A stretch of DNA of 64,000 nt from contig CP129489.1 of NCBI GenBank assembly GCA_030584065.1, positions 1,777,497 to 1,841,496 on the forward strand, in the 5' to 3' direction. The stretch is from Flavobacteriales bacterium (GTDB lineage: Bacteria; Bacteroidota; Bacteroidia; Flavobacteriales_F; PHOS-HE28). Both the position numbers and the translations under genes were made by a program. The notes beneath the pieces are model-generated. The model ran no database searches, had not been told where the DNA came from, and was given only the letters and a program-made list of their open reading frames with translations. Position 1 is the stretch's first letter. Each line of letters begins with the position of its first letter. This document shows, piece by piece, positions 10,719-20,483 of the stretch.

Positions 10719-11054
10719 GGCGCAAAGATCGGCCCATCCCGATCAGGGACCTACCGCTGGGCCAGGCCGGAGCGCCTTGAAGCGCCCGCGCTGCACACCT
10801 GATGGCGGGTGCGGCTTACGCGTACACCGCCAGCAACGCGAATGCGACCAGGGCGGTGAGGAGGGCGAGGACCAGCAGGTCGGGGTGCACGCGGCGAAGG
10901 AAAGCGGTCATGGGCGTTGTTTCGGGCGCGAAGCAAGCGCGGGCATGTTGCCGGTGGTGGGCCCGTGCATGAAGCTTGCGCTATGTCCGCTACCGCCCGA
11001 AAGGCAGCGCCCCACGCCGGGCGGAGAGCTCCGTGAACGGACGGATGTGGCCGA

Positions 11055-11244
11055 TCAGGCGTACTGCACGTTCACCGCATTGGGCCCCTTCGGACCCTGT
11101 TCCACTCCGTGGGTGACCATGTCGCCTGCGCGGCGGGGCGCACGGGTGCCGGTCTTGTGAACGAAGAGGTCCTTGCCGCCTTCATCCGGGGATGAGATCA
11201 AACCCTTTCTCCGTGCTGAAGAACCTCACTGCAACACTTGACAT
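11055..11244 (-). pseudogene. csp: cold-shock protein (CspA family) with a +1 frameshift in a C4 run
   Basis: Frame A reads MSSVAVRFFSTEKGFDLIPG then stops. Frame B continues DEGGKDLFVHKTGTRAPRRAGDMVTHGVEQGPKGPNAVNVQYA*. Removing one C from 'atccccgga' restores a 62-aa Csp. Confidence 0.6.
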
Positions 11245-11692
11245 GCACTGGCTGTTATTGCACACCGAACGATGCGGCACCTGGTGGTTCCGGAATAAGC
11301 ACCAGGGACCGTTCTGAAGACAGGCCCTGCGCAAGCGCACCCGACGGTCGCCGGATGATGATGCTGAAGCGCAGGTGCGCCAAGCAGCGCATGAGGCTGC
11401 AATACCGAGGGCCCCTCCTTGCGGAAGGGCCCCCGAAGGAAGCCGACAGGAATCATGCATGGCAAGGACCTCCCTTCCTATCCGCCATGCCGCACCATCG
11501 GACTGCCTGCTCTTGCAGGGCCTTGCGGCCACGGTGCAAATGGAAAGCGTGGTCCCCGCTCCCGCACTGACGGTAATCATTCTCGTCGCGCGTGCCGATC
11601 GTGGGATCGATCGTGCAAAACGAAAGGCGCCCATACGGCCCCACGAAGCCTGCACGGGATACATTGCCCCCACGAACGAAGGCGAGAACGAG

Positions 11693-12136
11693 ATGACTTT
11701 CAGCGCACAGATCGACGACCTCACCACCGCCCTGCGCCACACGCGCACGCGCCTCCTGGCCCCGGTGGACCCCTTCCAGCAACAGCTCCCGCGCGACCCC
11801 GCGATCTTCGTGGAGGACACGCTCTACTACGTGATGGACCACTGGGCGGCCGACCTGCGCGAGCAGGGCAGCGTGCTGGAGGAGGACACCGAGTGGACCG
11901 GCGACGGCCGAAGCCACTACCCGCGCTACGTGCTGCGCATGGCTGGCGGCAACCTGGTGCAGCTCCACTTCACCGGCGAGTACCCCCGGTCGCTCTTCCT
12001 CAACATCAGCAAGGGCTTCCGCAACGGCCAGCAGTTCAGCGATGCCCGCCATGTGCAGATCGAGCTGCCCATCACCACCGATGCCAACGCCCTGCTGGCC
12101 AGCCTCCTCGACGGCCTGAAAGGGGTGTCGGTGTAG
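11693..12136 (+). CDS. hypothetical protein
   Basis: 147-aa ORF starting MTFSAQIDDL after 'gagaacgag'; coding-like composition, no motif recognised. Confidence 0.4.
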   Translation: MTFSAQIDDLTTALRHTRTRLLAPVDPFQQQLPRDPAIFVEDTLYYVMDHWAADLREQGSVLEEDTEWTGDGRSHYPRYVLRMAGGNLVQLHFTGEYPRSLFLNISKGFRNGQQFSDARHVQIELPITTDANALLASLLDGLKGVSV

Positions 12137-12299
12137 CGCCGCATAGGTCATCGGTGCTTGAAGGCCCGCACGGCGGCCTGCTGCTCTGCCATTCGGGAGG
12201 CTCGTTGCACAAGGCTGCCCTCCGCGCCCATCCGGTGATGGCGCCCCATGGGCTCGATTGATATGGCCTGCATCTTGCGCGCTACGCTAACTTGGCTGC

Positions 12300-12803
12300 A
12301 TGCGCACGCTCTACCTCTGCCGCCACGCCAAGAGCAGCTGGGCCGACCCCGGCCAGTCCGACCATGCGCGCCCGCTCAACGAGCGCGGCCTGCGCGATGC
12401 GCCAGCCATGGCGCACCACTTCCGCGGGCGGGGCGAGCCGCTCGACCTTATCGTGAGCAGCGACGCCGCGCGCGCGCTGGCCACCGCCAAGGCCTTCGCT
12501 CGCGAGCTGGGCATCGCCGGCGAACGCTTCGTGCTGGAGCCGCGGCTCTACCATGCCGATGTGCCCACCATCGGCCGCGTGGTGGCCGCGCTGCCCGACA
12601 GCGCCCAGCGCGTGATGCTCTTCGGCCACAATCCCGGCTTCTCGGCGGCCGTGGAATACTTCAGCAGCGAGGATCTTGGCGACCTGCCCACCTGCGCGCT
12701 GGTGCGCATCGATTTCGTGGCCGACGGCTGGCAGGGCACCGGGCGGGACCTGGGCACCTTGGTCTGGCACGAGTACCCCAAGCGCCTGCTGGGCCTGGAG
12801 TAG
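12300..12803 (+). CDS. sixA: histidine phosphatase family protein (SixA-like phosphohistidine phosphatase)
   Basis: Catalytic N-terminus LYLCRHAKS (RHG motif), about 167 aa. Confidence 0.75.
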   Translation: MRTLYLCRHAKSSWADPGQSDHARPLNERGLRDAPAMAHHFRGRGEPLDLIVSSDAARALATAKAFARELGIAGERFVLEPRLYHADVPTIGRVVAALPDSAQRVMLFGHNPGFSAAVEYFSSEDLGDLPTCALVRIDFVADGWQGTGRDLGTLVWHEYPKRLLGLE

Positions 12804-12818
12804 GCTCTGCCGTGCCGC

Positions 12819-13182
12819 TCAGTACTGGCCCGTGGCCAGCATCACCAGCGTACAGGCCTCCACCGCTTCGATGCCTTGGCGCCGCAGCGCGCGCGCAAAG
12901 GCGGCATCCTCCGTGCCGGGGTTGAAGATCACGCGCCGCGGCCCCAGCGCCATGATCCGCGCCCGCCACGGCTCCAGGTTCATGGGCGCGAGATAGAGCG
13001 TCACGGTATCCACCCGCGCATCGGCTGGCAGTTCGGTGAGGATGGGCACCGCGCCGATGCGCCCCGGCCGGCGGCCCACGGCCAGCACGGGATGGCCGGC
13101 CGCCGCCAGACGTTGCACAGCCATGTGCGCATAGCGGTGGGGCTTCTCGCTCGCGCCCAGCACCAAGGTGGTCCCGATCATG
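12819..13182 (-). CDS. CoA-binding domain protein (YccU/YneT-like)
   Basis: MIGTTLVLGASEKPHRYAHMAVQRLAAAGHPV..., a small Rossmann-like CoA-binding fold. Confidence 0.65.
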
Positions 13183-13279
13183 CCGCAAAGGTGGCCATCA
13201 ACAGGGGGTGTTCGCGGACCGCTGAGACGTAACGCATGATTCACCTTGCGGCCACATGGCCTGGGGAGCTTCGCGGGGG

Positions 13280-14110
13280 ATGAAACGACCCATCGACGTC
13301 CTCGTCCTTTCCGACCTCCACCTGGGCACCTACGGCAGCCGTGCCGAGGAGCTGCTCGCGTACCTGCGCGAGGTGAAGCCACGCCTGGTGATCCTGAACG
13401 GCGACATCGTCGACATCTGGCAGTTCAAGAAGAGCTACTTCCCCGCAGCGCACATGAAGGTGCTGAAGCGCCTGATGAAGCTGGCGTCGCGCGTGCCGGT
13501 GTACTACATCACCGGCAACCACGATGAGGCGCTGCGCCGCTACAGCCCGGTGCGCCTGGGCAACCTGCGTTTGGTGGACCGCCTGGAACTGACGCTCGAT
13601 GGCGAGCGCTACTGGTTCTTCCACGGCGACATCTTCGACGCCAGCACCCGCCACGCCAGGTGGATCGCCAAGCTCGGCGGCATCGGCTACGACCTGCTCA
13701 TCCGCATCAACGACCTGGTGAACCGCATGCTCACCCTCCTCGGACGGCCGCGCATGAGCTTCAGTGCCCGCATCAAACGCAGCGTGAAGCGCGCCGTGGC
13801 CTACATCAGCGACTTCGAGGAGACCGCCGCCGAGGTGGCCATCCACGAGGGATTCGACTACGTGGTGTGCGGCCACATCCACCAGCCGCAGCTGCGCACC
13901 ATCGCCACCGACCGCGGCAGCGTCCGATACATGAACAGCGGCGACTGGATCGAGCACCTCAGCGCATTGGAGTATGCCGGCGGTGCATGGTCGCTCTACA
14001 CGCATCCGCGCGGCCATGCGCATGTACCGCCCTCCGCGCTCACCTCAGCCGCAGCGCCTTCCCCGCGCAAGGTGCCTGACGCGGAACCGGAGCCATGCCA
14101 GCCGGCGTAG
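13280..14110 (+). CDS. lpxH: UDP-2,3-diacylglucosamine diphosphatase-like metallophosphoesterase (LpxH family)
   Basis: MKRPIDVLVLSDLHLG...NGDIVD...GNHDE...GHIH, the calcineurin-like metal-binding motifs in LpxH order. Confidence 0.7.
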   Translation: MKRPIDVLVLSDLHLGTYGSRAEELLAYLREVKPRLVILNGDIVDIWQFKKSYFPAAHMKVLKRLMKLASRVPVYYITGNHDEALRRYSPVRLGNLRLVDRLELTLDGERYWFFHGDIFDASTRHARWIAKLGGIGYDLLIRINDLVNRMLTLLGRPRMSFSARIKRSVKRAVAYISDFEETAAEVAIHEGFDYVVCGHIHQPQLRTIATDRGSVRYMNSGDWIEHLSALEYAGGAWSLYTHPRGHAHVPPSALTSAAAPSPRKVPDAEPEPCQPA

Positions 14111-14120
14111 ACGGCCGCAC

Positions 14121-15869
14121 TCAGCCCTCCATCCCCTTCTTCAGGTCCTCCACGGTCCGCTCGGGCAGCTTGTTCAGGTCCAGCACCATCAGCCCGTCGA
14201 GCGCATCGTTGAAGCGCGGGTCGCGGTTGAATCCGATGATGCGGGCATTGAGGAGCAGGTACTTCTTGAGGAGCACGGGCATCGCCGTCTCGTGGGGGTC
14301 CACCTCGGCGATGAGGCGGTCCATCTTCTTGAGGTCGGCCATGCTGGCCTGCACCAGGGCCTCGCTATCGGCCTTGTCGGGCTTCACCCGGAAGCGGTTG
14401 CGCGGGTGCACATGCCTTGCCAGGTCCACATCATAGTGGTTCTGGCGCACGAACTCCATGATGAGGGCGCGCGAGAAGCGGCTGTAGGTGCCGCTGATGG
14501 AGACGGGGCCGATGAGGTAGTGCTGCTCGGGATTGGCGATGATGTGCAGCAGCAGGCCGCGCCAGAGCATGAAGAGCGGCAGCCGCTGGCGCTGGTACTC
14601 CTGGGCGATGAAGGAGCGGCCCAGCTCGAAGCTGCGCCGCAGCACCCGCTCCATGGGACGGTCCATGCGGAAGAGCGTGCTGGTGTAGAAGCCGCGCTTG
14701 CCGTAGCGCGCCATGATGCGTCGGCCGTCGCCGATGCGGTAGGCGCCCGCCAACCGGCCGTTGGCGCGGTCCCAGAGGAAGAGGTGGTCGTAGTAGAGGT
14801 CGAACTCGTCGAGGTCGATGGCCTTGTTGGTGCCCTCGCCCACGGCGCGGAAGGTGAGCTCGCGCAGGCGGCCGATCTCGCGCAGGAGCTGCGGGATGCG
14901 GTGGCTGGGGGCCAGGTAGAGGTCGAACTCCGCCTGGCTGTTGAGCTTGAGGTCCTCCAGCCCCGCCACCTCGCGGGCCAGCGTTGCGGAGGCGCCGGCT
15001 TCCACCACCTCCTTGGGGCGGCTGGGGAAACGCAGCGGGCTGAAGAGCTCGCGGCGCACGGTGAGGCCGCTGCCCAGGGCGTAGGTCTTGGCCCGCAGGA
15101 AGCGGGCCAGCTGCTCGGCGCTGCTGAAGGCGGCGATATCCTTGGGTGCGATGGGCTTGCCGATGCGCATGCGCACGGTGCGGCCGCGCATGCGCAGCAT
15201 CTCGGTGGGCAGCGCCAGCGTGCGCAGGTTGGGGTGGATCATGCCCAGCATCTGGAACACCAGGCTGTTGGCGCCATCGAACCATACGGGCACTGCAGGC
15301 ACCTGGGCGCGCTGCAGCAGCTTGATCGCGGGGGTCTTCCACCGTGTGTCGGCCACGGCCTTCACCTCGGTGCGCCAGCTGCTCACCTCACCGGCCGGGA
15401 ACACGCCCAAGGCGTGGCCCTGCTTCACGTGCTCCATGGCCTGGCGCATGCCTTGGAAGCTGCTCAGCGAGCCGAGCTGCTCGAAGGGGTTGACACCGAT
15501 GAAACGGTCGCGCAAAGGGGCCAGCTGCTGCAGCAGGAAATTGGCCATCACTTTCAGATCGGGCCGCACGCGCCCCAGCACATGCACCAGCGCCAGCCCG
15601 TCGATGGCGCCATAGGGATGGTTGGCCACCACCACCAGGCCCCCATCCTTGGGCACCTGCTCCAGGTCCTGCTCGGGCACCTCGATCTCCAGCTCCAGCT
15701 CGCGGAAGATGGCGGCGCAGAAATCCAGGTCGTGCAGGTGCGCGGCACTGGCGTAGATGCGCTCCAAGCGTTTCAGTCCGCTCACCTCGGTGAGCAGTGC
15801 GATGCGCGGGTCGCCCGGGCGCATGTGGCTGGCCTTGGCCAGATCGGCGGGTTCTACGAGCCGCTTCAT
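14121..15869 (-). CDS. olsF: bifunctional acyltransferase: PlsC-type O-acyltransferase (N-terminal) plus hemolysin/GNAT-like N-acyltransferase (C-terminal); OlsF-like aminolipid synthase
   Basis: HX4D motif VANHPYGAIDG in the N-terminal half; C-terminal half resembles OlsB/hemolysin-type N-acyltransferases. Start chosen at MKRLVEPADL at 15869; the track ORF extends to 15989. Confidence 0.6.
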   Translation of the reverse strand: MKRLVEPADLAKASHMRPGDPRIALLTEVSGLKRLERIYASAAHLHDLDFCAAIFRELELEIEVPEQDLEQVPKDGGLVVVANHPYGAIDGLALVHVLGRVRPDLKVMANFLLQQLAPLRDRFIGVNPFEQLGSLSSFQGMRQAMEHVKQGHALGVFPAGEVSSWRTEVKAVADTRWKTPAIKLLQRAQVPAVPVWFDGANSLVFQMLGMIHPNLRTLALPTEMLRMRGRTVRMRIGKPIAPKDIAAFSSAEQLARFLRAKTYALGSGLTVRRELFSPLRFPSRPKEVVEAGASATLAREVAGLEDLKLNSQAEFDLYLAPSHRIPQLLREIGRLRELTFRAVGEGTNKAIDLDEFDLYYDHLFLWDRANGRLAGAYRIGDGRRIMARYGKRGFYTSTLFRMDRPMERVLRRSFELGRSFIAQEYQRQRLPLFMLWRGLLLHIIANPEQHYLIGPVSISGTYSRFSRALIMEFVRQNHYDVDLARHVHPRNRFRVKPDKADSEALVQASMADLKKMDRLIAEVDPHETAMPVLLKKYLLLNARIIGFNRDPRFNDALDGLMVLDLNKLPERTVEDLKKGMEG

Positions 15870-16130
15870 CCGTGGAGGCGAAGGTATCCCGGGGCTTCCG
15901 GCGGCGGCCCGCTGTTGATAACGCGCCGCCCAACGCCCGACCCCGTCTGCTTGAGCCCCAAGGAGTGCAGCCCCGCCCGTTAACGTCAATTAACAGGCGG
16001 CTCGTCCCCCTCAGAACCCGCATCCGTCGCGGTGTCCGCGAAATCCGTCGACTTATCGGCGCCACTTGTGGACAGAAGAGGCAACCCCCACTTGGCTCCT
16101 TCGACTCCGCGGATAGTTTTGCCCGCCACC

Positions 16131-17054
16131 ATGCGGCTCAACGCTCTCCTCACCCTCCTCGCCGGTGCGCTGATCAGCGCACCGCTGCGCGCCCAGGTGG
16201 ACACCAGCGGATACGGCGGACCCGATGGCGTGGACATCTACGACGAGCTGGTGCCGGCCGACGAAGCGGAGGACGCCACGGTGGAAATCAGCCGTGCCGC
16301 CCGTGCTCTGGGCATCCTGAACGATGTGAACGACTCCCTCTCGGTGATTCCCGGCTACGACATGTACTGCCACTGGAACACCGAGGCCATCTTCGACCGC
16401 GGCAATACCTCCCGCTTCACGCACGACACGCTGTGCCTGCACCTGAGCGTACGCGACGACGACCATGCCCTTCCCTGTCCCGGGCATCTCACCTCCCCCT
16501 TCGGCCCCCGCAAGGGCCGCATGCACTACGGGCTCGACCTGAAGCTGCAGAAGGGTGACCCCGTGGTGTGCGCCTTCCCCGGCATGGTGCGCATCTCCAA
16601 GTACAACAAGACCTTCGGCCATGTGGTGGTGGTGCGCCACCATAACGGGCTGGAGACGCTCTATGCCCACCTGAGCAAGCGACTGGTGCAGCCCGGACAG
16701 GTCATCGCAGCAGGCGATACACTGGGCCTTGGCGGCAACACCGGCCGCAGCTACGGCAGCCACCTCCACTTCGAGGTGCGCTTCCTGGACCAGCCCATCG
16801 ACCCCGCACTCATCTTCGATGTGGAGAACGGCACGCTCAAGGCGCGGACCTTCGAGATCAATAAGGACACCTTCTCCGCCATGGCAGCGGCCAAGGCGGC
16901 GGCCGGCGCGCGCCGGTACCATGTGGTGCGCCGCGGCGACACGCTCTCGGCCATCGCCCGCCGGTACGGTACCTCGGTGAGCGCCCTGTGCCGGATGAAC
17001 GGCATCCGCGAGCGCTCCGTGCTCGCCATCGGGCAGCGCGTGCGCTACAACTGA
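16131..17054 (+). CDS. M23 family metallopeptidase with C-terminal LysM domain
   Basis: Signal peptide MRLNALLTLLAGALISAPLRAQ; HYGLDL...GNTGRSYGSHLHFEV M23 motifs; C-terminal YHVVRRGDTLSAIARRYG LysM. Confidence 0.85.
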   Translation: MRLNALLTLLAGALISAPLRAQVDTSGYGGPDGVDIYDELVPADEAEDATVEISRAARALGILNDVNDSLSVIPGYDMYCHWNTEAIFDRGNTSRFTHDTLCLHLSVRDDDHALPCPGHLTSPFGPRKGRMHYGLDLKLQKGDPVVCAFPGMVRISKYNKTFGHVVVVRHHNGLETLYAHLSKRLVQPGQVIAAGDTLGLGGNTGRSYGSHLHFEVRFLDQPIDPALIFDVENGTLKARTFEINKDTFSAMAAAKAAAGARRYHVVRRGDTLSAIARRYGTSVSALCRMNGIRERSVLAIGQRVRYN

Positions 17055-17123
17055 TCAGCCGCGGGAGCCTTGCTCCAACTTGGGATGGGGCCATGGCGCG
17101 CCGGTCGGGCGCAGCCTCCGCGC

Positions 17124-17711
17124 TCAGCGCCCCGCTTCCACCGCCCGTTTCACCCGGCTGATGTGCTCGAGCATGTCCTGGTTGTACTCCGGCGACAGCA
17201 CCACGTCATCGCCATCGCGCGTACGCAGCAGCAGCAGGTCGGCCCGCGCGCTGGGCATGCGGTCGATCATCTGCCGGCCCAGCCCCAGGGTGTAGGAGCT
17301 CAGGCCGATGTCGATGGTGCAGAAGCGCAGGTAGGCCCGCTCGGCGGCGCGACGCGAGCCGCCGCGGTCCTCCACCCGCACCGCGGCCTTCTTGCGCACG
17401 TAGTCGCGGCAGGCGGAGCGCTCGATGAGGCTGGCATCCACGATGTCCTGCGGGGCGATGGTGCGCTGGTGGCGGCCCCGGCTCAGCATCAGCCGGCCAT
17501 CGCGGATCACGTACGAAGCCCTGCGTCCACGGTCGCGCAGCACGGCCAGGGCCGTCAGCACCGCCACCACGCCGGCCGCGATGCCGATCCAGTAGAGCCG
17601 GCCTGAGGAGAACCCGTAGCTGGCCGCCACGAGGAGCAGGAACGGCGCCATGCCCAGCACCAGCAGGGTGTTGTTCCACTGCTTGCGCGTCCTGAACCGC
17701 TTGTCGGCCAT
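17124..17711 (-). CDS. membrane protein (PH-like/DUF304-type)
   Basis: Two TM helices followed by a soluble domain; no catalytic motif seen. Confidence 0.4.
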   Translation of the reverse strand: MADKRFRTRKQWNNTLLVLGMAPFLLLVAASYGFSSGRLYWIGIAAGVVAVLTALAVLRDRGRRASYVIRDGRLMLSRGRHQRTIAPQDIVDASLIERSACRDYVRKKAAVRVEDRGGSRRAAERAYLRFCTIDIGLSSYTLGLGRQMIDRMPSARADLLLLRTRDGDDVVLSPEYNQDMLEHISRVKRAVEAGR

Positions 17712-17772
17712 GGTTATGCTGCTTTGCGTCGCCTTCAAACTCGAAGGGCGGCCCGGTGGGCCGCCCTTGCTG

Positions 17773-17856
17773 TACCGGAGAAGGGACTCGAACCCTTACA
17801 ACCTTACGGTCACACGCCCCTGAAACGTGCGCGTCTACCAATTCCGCCACTCCGGT
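17773..17856 (-). tRNA. tRNA-Leu (anticodon CAG), type II with long variable arm
   Basis: Hand-folded. Acceptor stem ACCGGAG/CTCCGGT; D-arm GCG..GGTAGA..CGC; anticodon stem CACGT/GCGTG with loop TTCAGGG; 15-nt variable arm; T-arm AAGGG TTCGAGT CCCTT; discriminator A. CCA is not encoded. Confidence 0.85.
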
Positions 17857-18144
17857 GAGTGCCCCTGCTGGCAGGGGGCGCAAATATAGTGGCCCGGACA
17901 ATGCCGCAATGCATCACGGTGCAGCCGCGGCTTTCAAGTGCGGCTTCCCGGAAGCACGAAGCCCCCATCCCGCAAGCGGGACAGGGGCGACGTGACTCTT
18001 CAGACTGACCTTTGAACTACTTGGACAGGTGGTTGAACGGCAGCCGCTGAACGGGGGTTTCACAGCGCCGGAAAAAAATCGGAGGGTGTGCTGCTGGCTC
18101 AGGAATGCCGCTGCCGCGGGAGGCCGTCTAGCTTCGCCTCCCCC

Positions 18145-18474
18145 ATGAGCATCGCCGACGCCCGCCACCTCGCCCTTGCCGGTCTCGGCGGCGAGGAGTA
18201 TGCGCACTTCGGCAAGGCCGCCTACCGCATCGCGCCGCGCAAGCCCGGCGGCAAGGCCGGCCGCACCTTCATGACGCTGTGGATCGAGGAGGGCTTCGCC
18301 GTGCTGATGCTCGACCAGGAACTGCAGGCCGCCGCATTGGACCTCTCCCCTGCCTTTGAGCCCTACCCCGGCAAGTGGGGCGCTCACGGCGCCACCTTGG
18401 CCCGGCTCGATCGGCTCGATGCGCGCACCTTCCGCCAGGCGCTGGAGATGGCGCACCGGCATGCACGGCGATGA
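18145..18474 (+). CDS. MmcQ/YjbR family DNA-binding protein
   Basis: About 109 aa, ...GKWGAHGATLARLD..., YjbR-like. Confidence 0.5.
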   Translation: MSIADARHLALAGLGGEEYAHFGKAAYRIAPRKPGGKAGRTFMTLWIEEGFAVLMLDQELQAAALDLSPAFEPYPGKWGAHGATLARLDRLDARTFRQALEMAHRHARR

Positions 18475-18583
18475 GGCGGCGCCTCCCGGGCTGCTGACAG
18501 CACCGGCCACGGTATGCTTGAAAGGGGCGCAGGGCCCTCCGATGGAAAGCCCTGCGCCATGGCCGACGAGCATGCTCCGGCAG

Positions 18584-19123
18584 TCAGAACGCCTCCGTAG
18601 AAAGGAAGCGTGGCGAATCGGAGAGGCGGATGAGCATGGCTGTTTCGCCGCGCGGGCTGCGGAGGAAGAGCCGGCTGCCCGCCACTTGGATGCCCGTCGT
18701 CGCTTGAAGCGCTTCCACCAGGTCCGCCTCCTGCTCAGCCGTGCCGGGGCAGAGCTTGTGGGTGGCGCTGACGTCGCTGAACTGGATGGCCTCCCCGCTG
18801 GCGCGCACCGACCCGTTGATCTGATTGCAGCCTGTGAATCCCGTCAGCTCACCGCCTTGGATGCGGATCCACGGCATCAGCGCAGCAGGCTGCTGCACCC
18901 GGCGCGAGAAGAGGCGCAGCACCTTCCACGTGCCCGTCTGCACGGGCGGCGCGAGGTGCTTGGCTGCGTCGGTGACCTCCGGTTCGTGACCGGTCCAATC
19001 CGTAGCATCCACCGGTGCATCGATGGGTGCACTGGTTGGAACTGCCGTTTCCTCCTTGCGGCATGCCACTGCGGCCGCGATGACCCCGATGAGGAGCAGG
19101 TAAGGCCTTCTGTTCGTTCTCAT
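18584..19123 (-). CDS. META/DUF306 (HslJ-like) domain lipoprotein
   Basis: Signal MRTNRRPYLLLIGVIAAAVAC plus the META motif ...GFTGCNQINGS.... Confidence 0.6.
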   Translation of the reverse strand: MRTNRRPYLLLIGVIAAAVACRKEETAVPTSAPIDAPVDATDWTGHEPEVTDAAKHLAPPVQTGTWKVLRLFSRRVQQPAALMPWIRIQGGELTGFTGCNQINGSVRASGEAIQFSDVSATHKLCPGTAEQEADLVEALQATTGIQVAGSRLFLRSPRGETAMLIRLSDSPRFLSTEAF

Positions 19124-19535
19124 GGCATTGGGTATTGGTTCTAGAAAGCGACCGAAAGCTCCCCTTGCCATGATGCCTTCGCAATACCCACTCAGCAGGA
19201 TTGTGCCGACCGGTTGAGCCGTCCTGTGGCGGCGTGCAAGGCACTGCTGTCCACGCGAGCGGAGGGCCTGCGTGCTCGGCATAGGCGGCCTGGCCTTTGC
19301 GGCCCACCACGAGCTGGAAGCGCGCATCGTTCTCTTCGAACGTGCGCACCATCCACGCGAAGGTGGAAGTGCAGTTGCAGGGTTGGGCGTGGGTGGTCAG
19401 CAGGATCGTGGTTAAAAGCAACGGATGACGCGAACAGTGCGTGCATTGCATCGAATGCGAAATACGGAGATGACGCGTCCATTCGCTGCCGCCTTGGGCG
19501 TAGATGGGGATCCCAGACTGGTAAGCGCAAGCCCC

Positions 19536-20471
19536 TCAATCGAGCATCATCGGCACCACCAGCTCCACCTTGGCCACGGCCGGGTGACGCGCCAGCTGCT
19601 CCAGCTGCCCGATCAGGAATGGACCCGCCAGGCCGGAGACCGGCTTCGCTTCCACACCATCGCTGACCGCCTCCGAGAGCATCGCTTCGTCCGCGTAGCC
19701 GGAAGTGGTCTCCGTCAACCGGAAGCCGAACGTATCGAGGATCCGGTTGACCTCCATCATGTAGCCGAATGCGCCTGAACGCTCCATGCCGCCCGCGTAG
19801 AAAGTGATGCGCACGATGCCCGTGAAGGGGTGCTGCTGGGTCATGCTGAGCCCCGCGTGCGGCGTAACGCCCACCCATTCATGGAGATCGCGCTTCTGGT
19901 GCTCGGCATAGAGGCCAGCCGCTTTCACCGTCGGGTTCTTGCGCACCGCTTCCAGCTCGGCATTGTGATGCAGCTTGAACTTGCCGCCGCGCTTGAGCCG
20001 CAGATAGGTACAGGTATGGGGCTCACACACCAGACCCTGTTCCGCGAACCAAGGTCGTAGGCTGTCGGTGCGAACGCCAGGGTGGCAGTCCACTTCCAAG
20101 CGGCGCTCATCGAAGACCAGCCGGGGTTGACGATACCCTTCATCGATCAGGTGATACGGCCCCGTGCGCATCGTCATCCGCACCGTGTCAGGCATGGACC
20201 CATACCACTGGCAGCCGTTCAAAAGCTTGCCGGTGGCCTTCACCTGTAGCGCGTCGTAGCCCTCCGGCACCTGCTCGAAGGTGAATACGCCGTCCTTCTT
20301 CTCTGAGGGCTTTACACCGCGGTCGCGCACATCGCGCAGGGTGATGTGGGCACCGGGGAGCGGCTTGCCCTGCTCATCGTGGACGAGCACCACGAGGCGC
20401 TGGGCGCTGGCGAGTTTGAACGCGCAGGCGAATAGGATAACGAAGGGCCCGCACGGGTAGAAGGTGAACAT
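19536..20471 (-). CDS. hypothetical secreted protein
   Basis: 311-aa ORF with an N-terminal signal peptide; no recognisable domain. Confidence 0.4.
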   Translation of the reverse strand: MFTFYPCGPFVILFACAFKLASAQRLVVLVHDEQGKPLPGAHITLRDVRDRGVKPSEKKDGVFTFEQVPEGYDALQVKATGKLLNGCQWYGSMPDTVRMTMRTGPYHLIDEGYRQPRLVFDERRLEVDCHPGVRTDSLRPWFAEQGLVCEPHTCTYLRLKRGGKFKLHHNAELEAVRKNPTVKAAGLYAEHQKRDLHEWVGVTPHAGLSMTQQHPFTGIVRITFYAGGMERSGAFGYMMEVNRILDTFGFRLTETTSGYADEAMLSEAVSDGVEAKPVSGLAGPFLIGQLEQLARHPAVAKVELVVPMMLD

Positions 20472-20483
20472 GGTGCGCGCTCG

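Noticed and set aside
10800-10910. 31-codon hydrophobic minus-strand ORF (MTAFLRRVHPDLLVLALLTALVAFALLAVYA)
   Set aside because: Could be a small membrane peptide, but there is no conservation evidence and it lies in an intergenic region. Too short to support from sequence alone.
17773-17856. tRNA-Leu as the integration site of the accessory region
   Set aside because: No direct repeat of the tRNA 3' end was found nearby. The accessory cassettes are instead bounded by icmF-terminus repeats 12-25 kb away.
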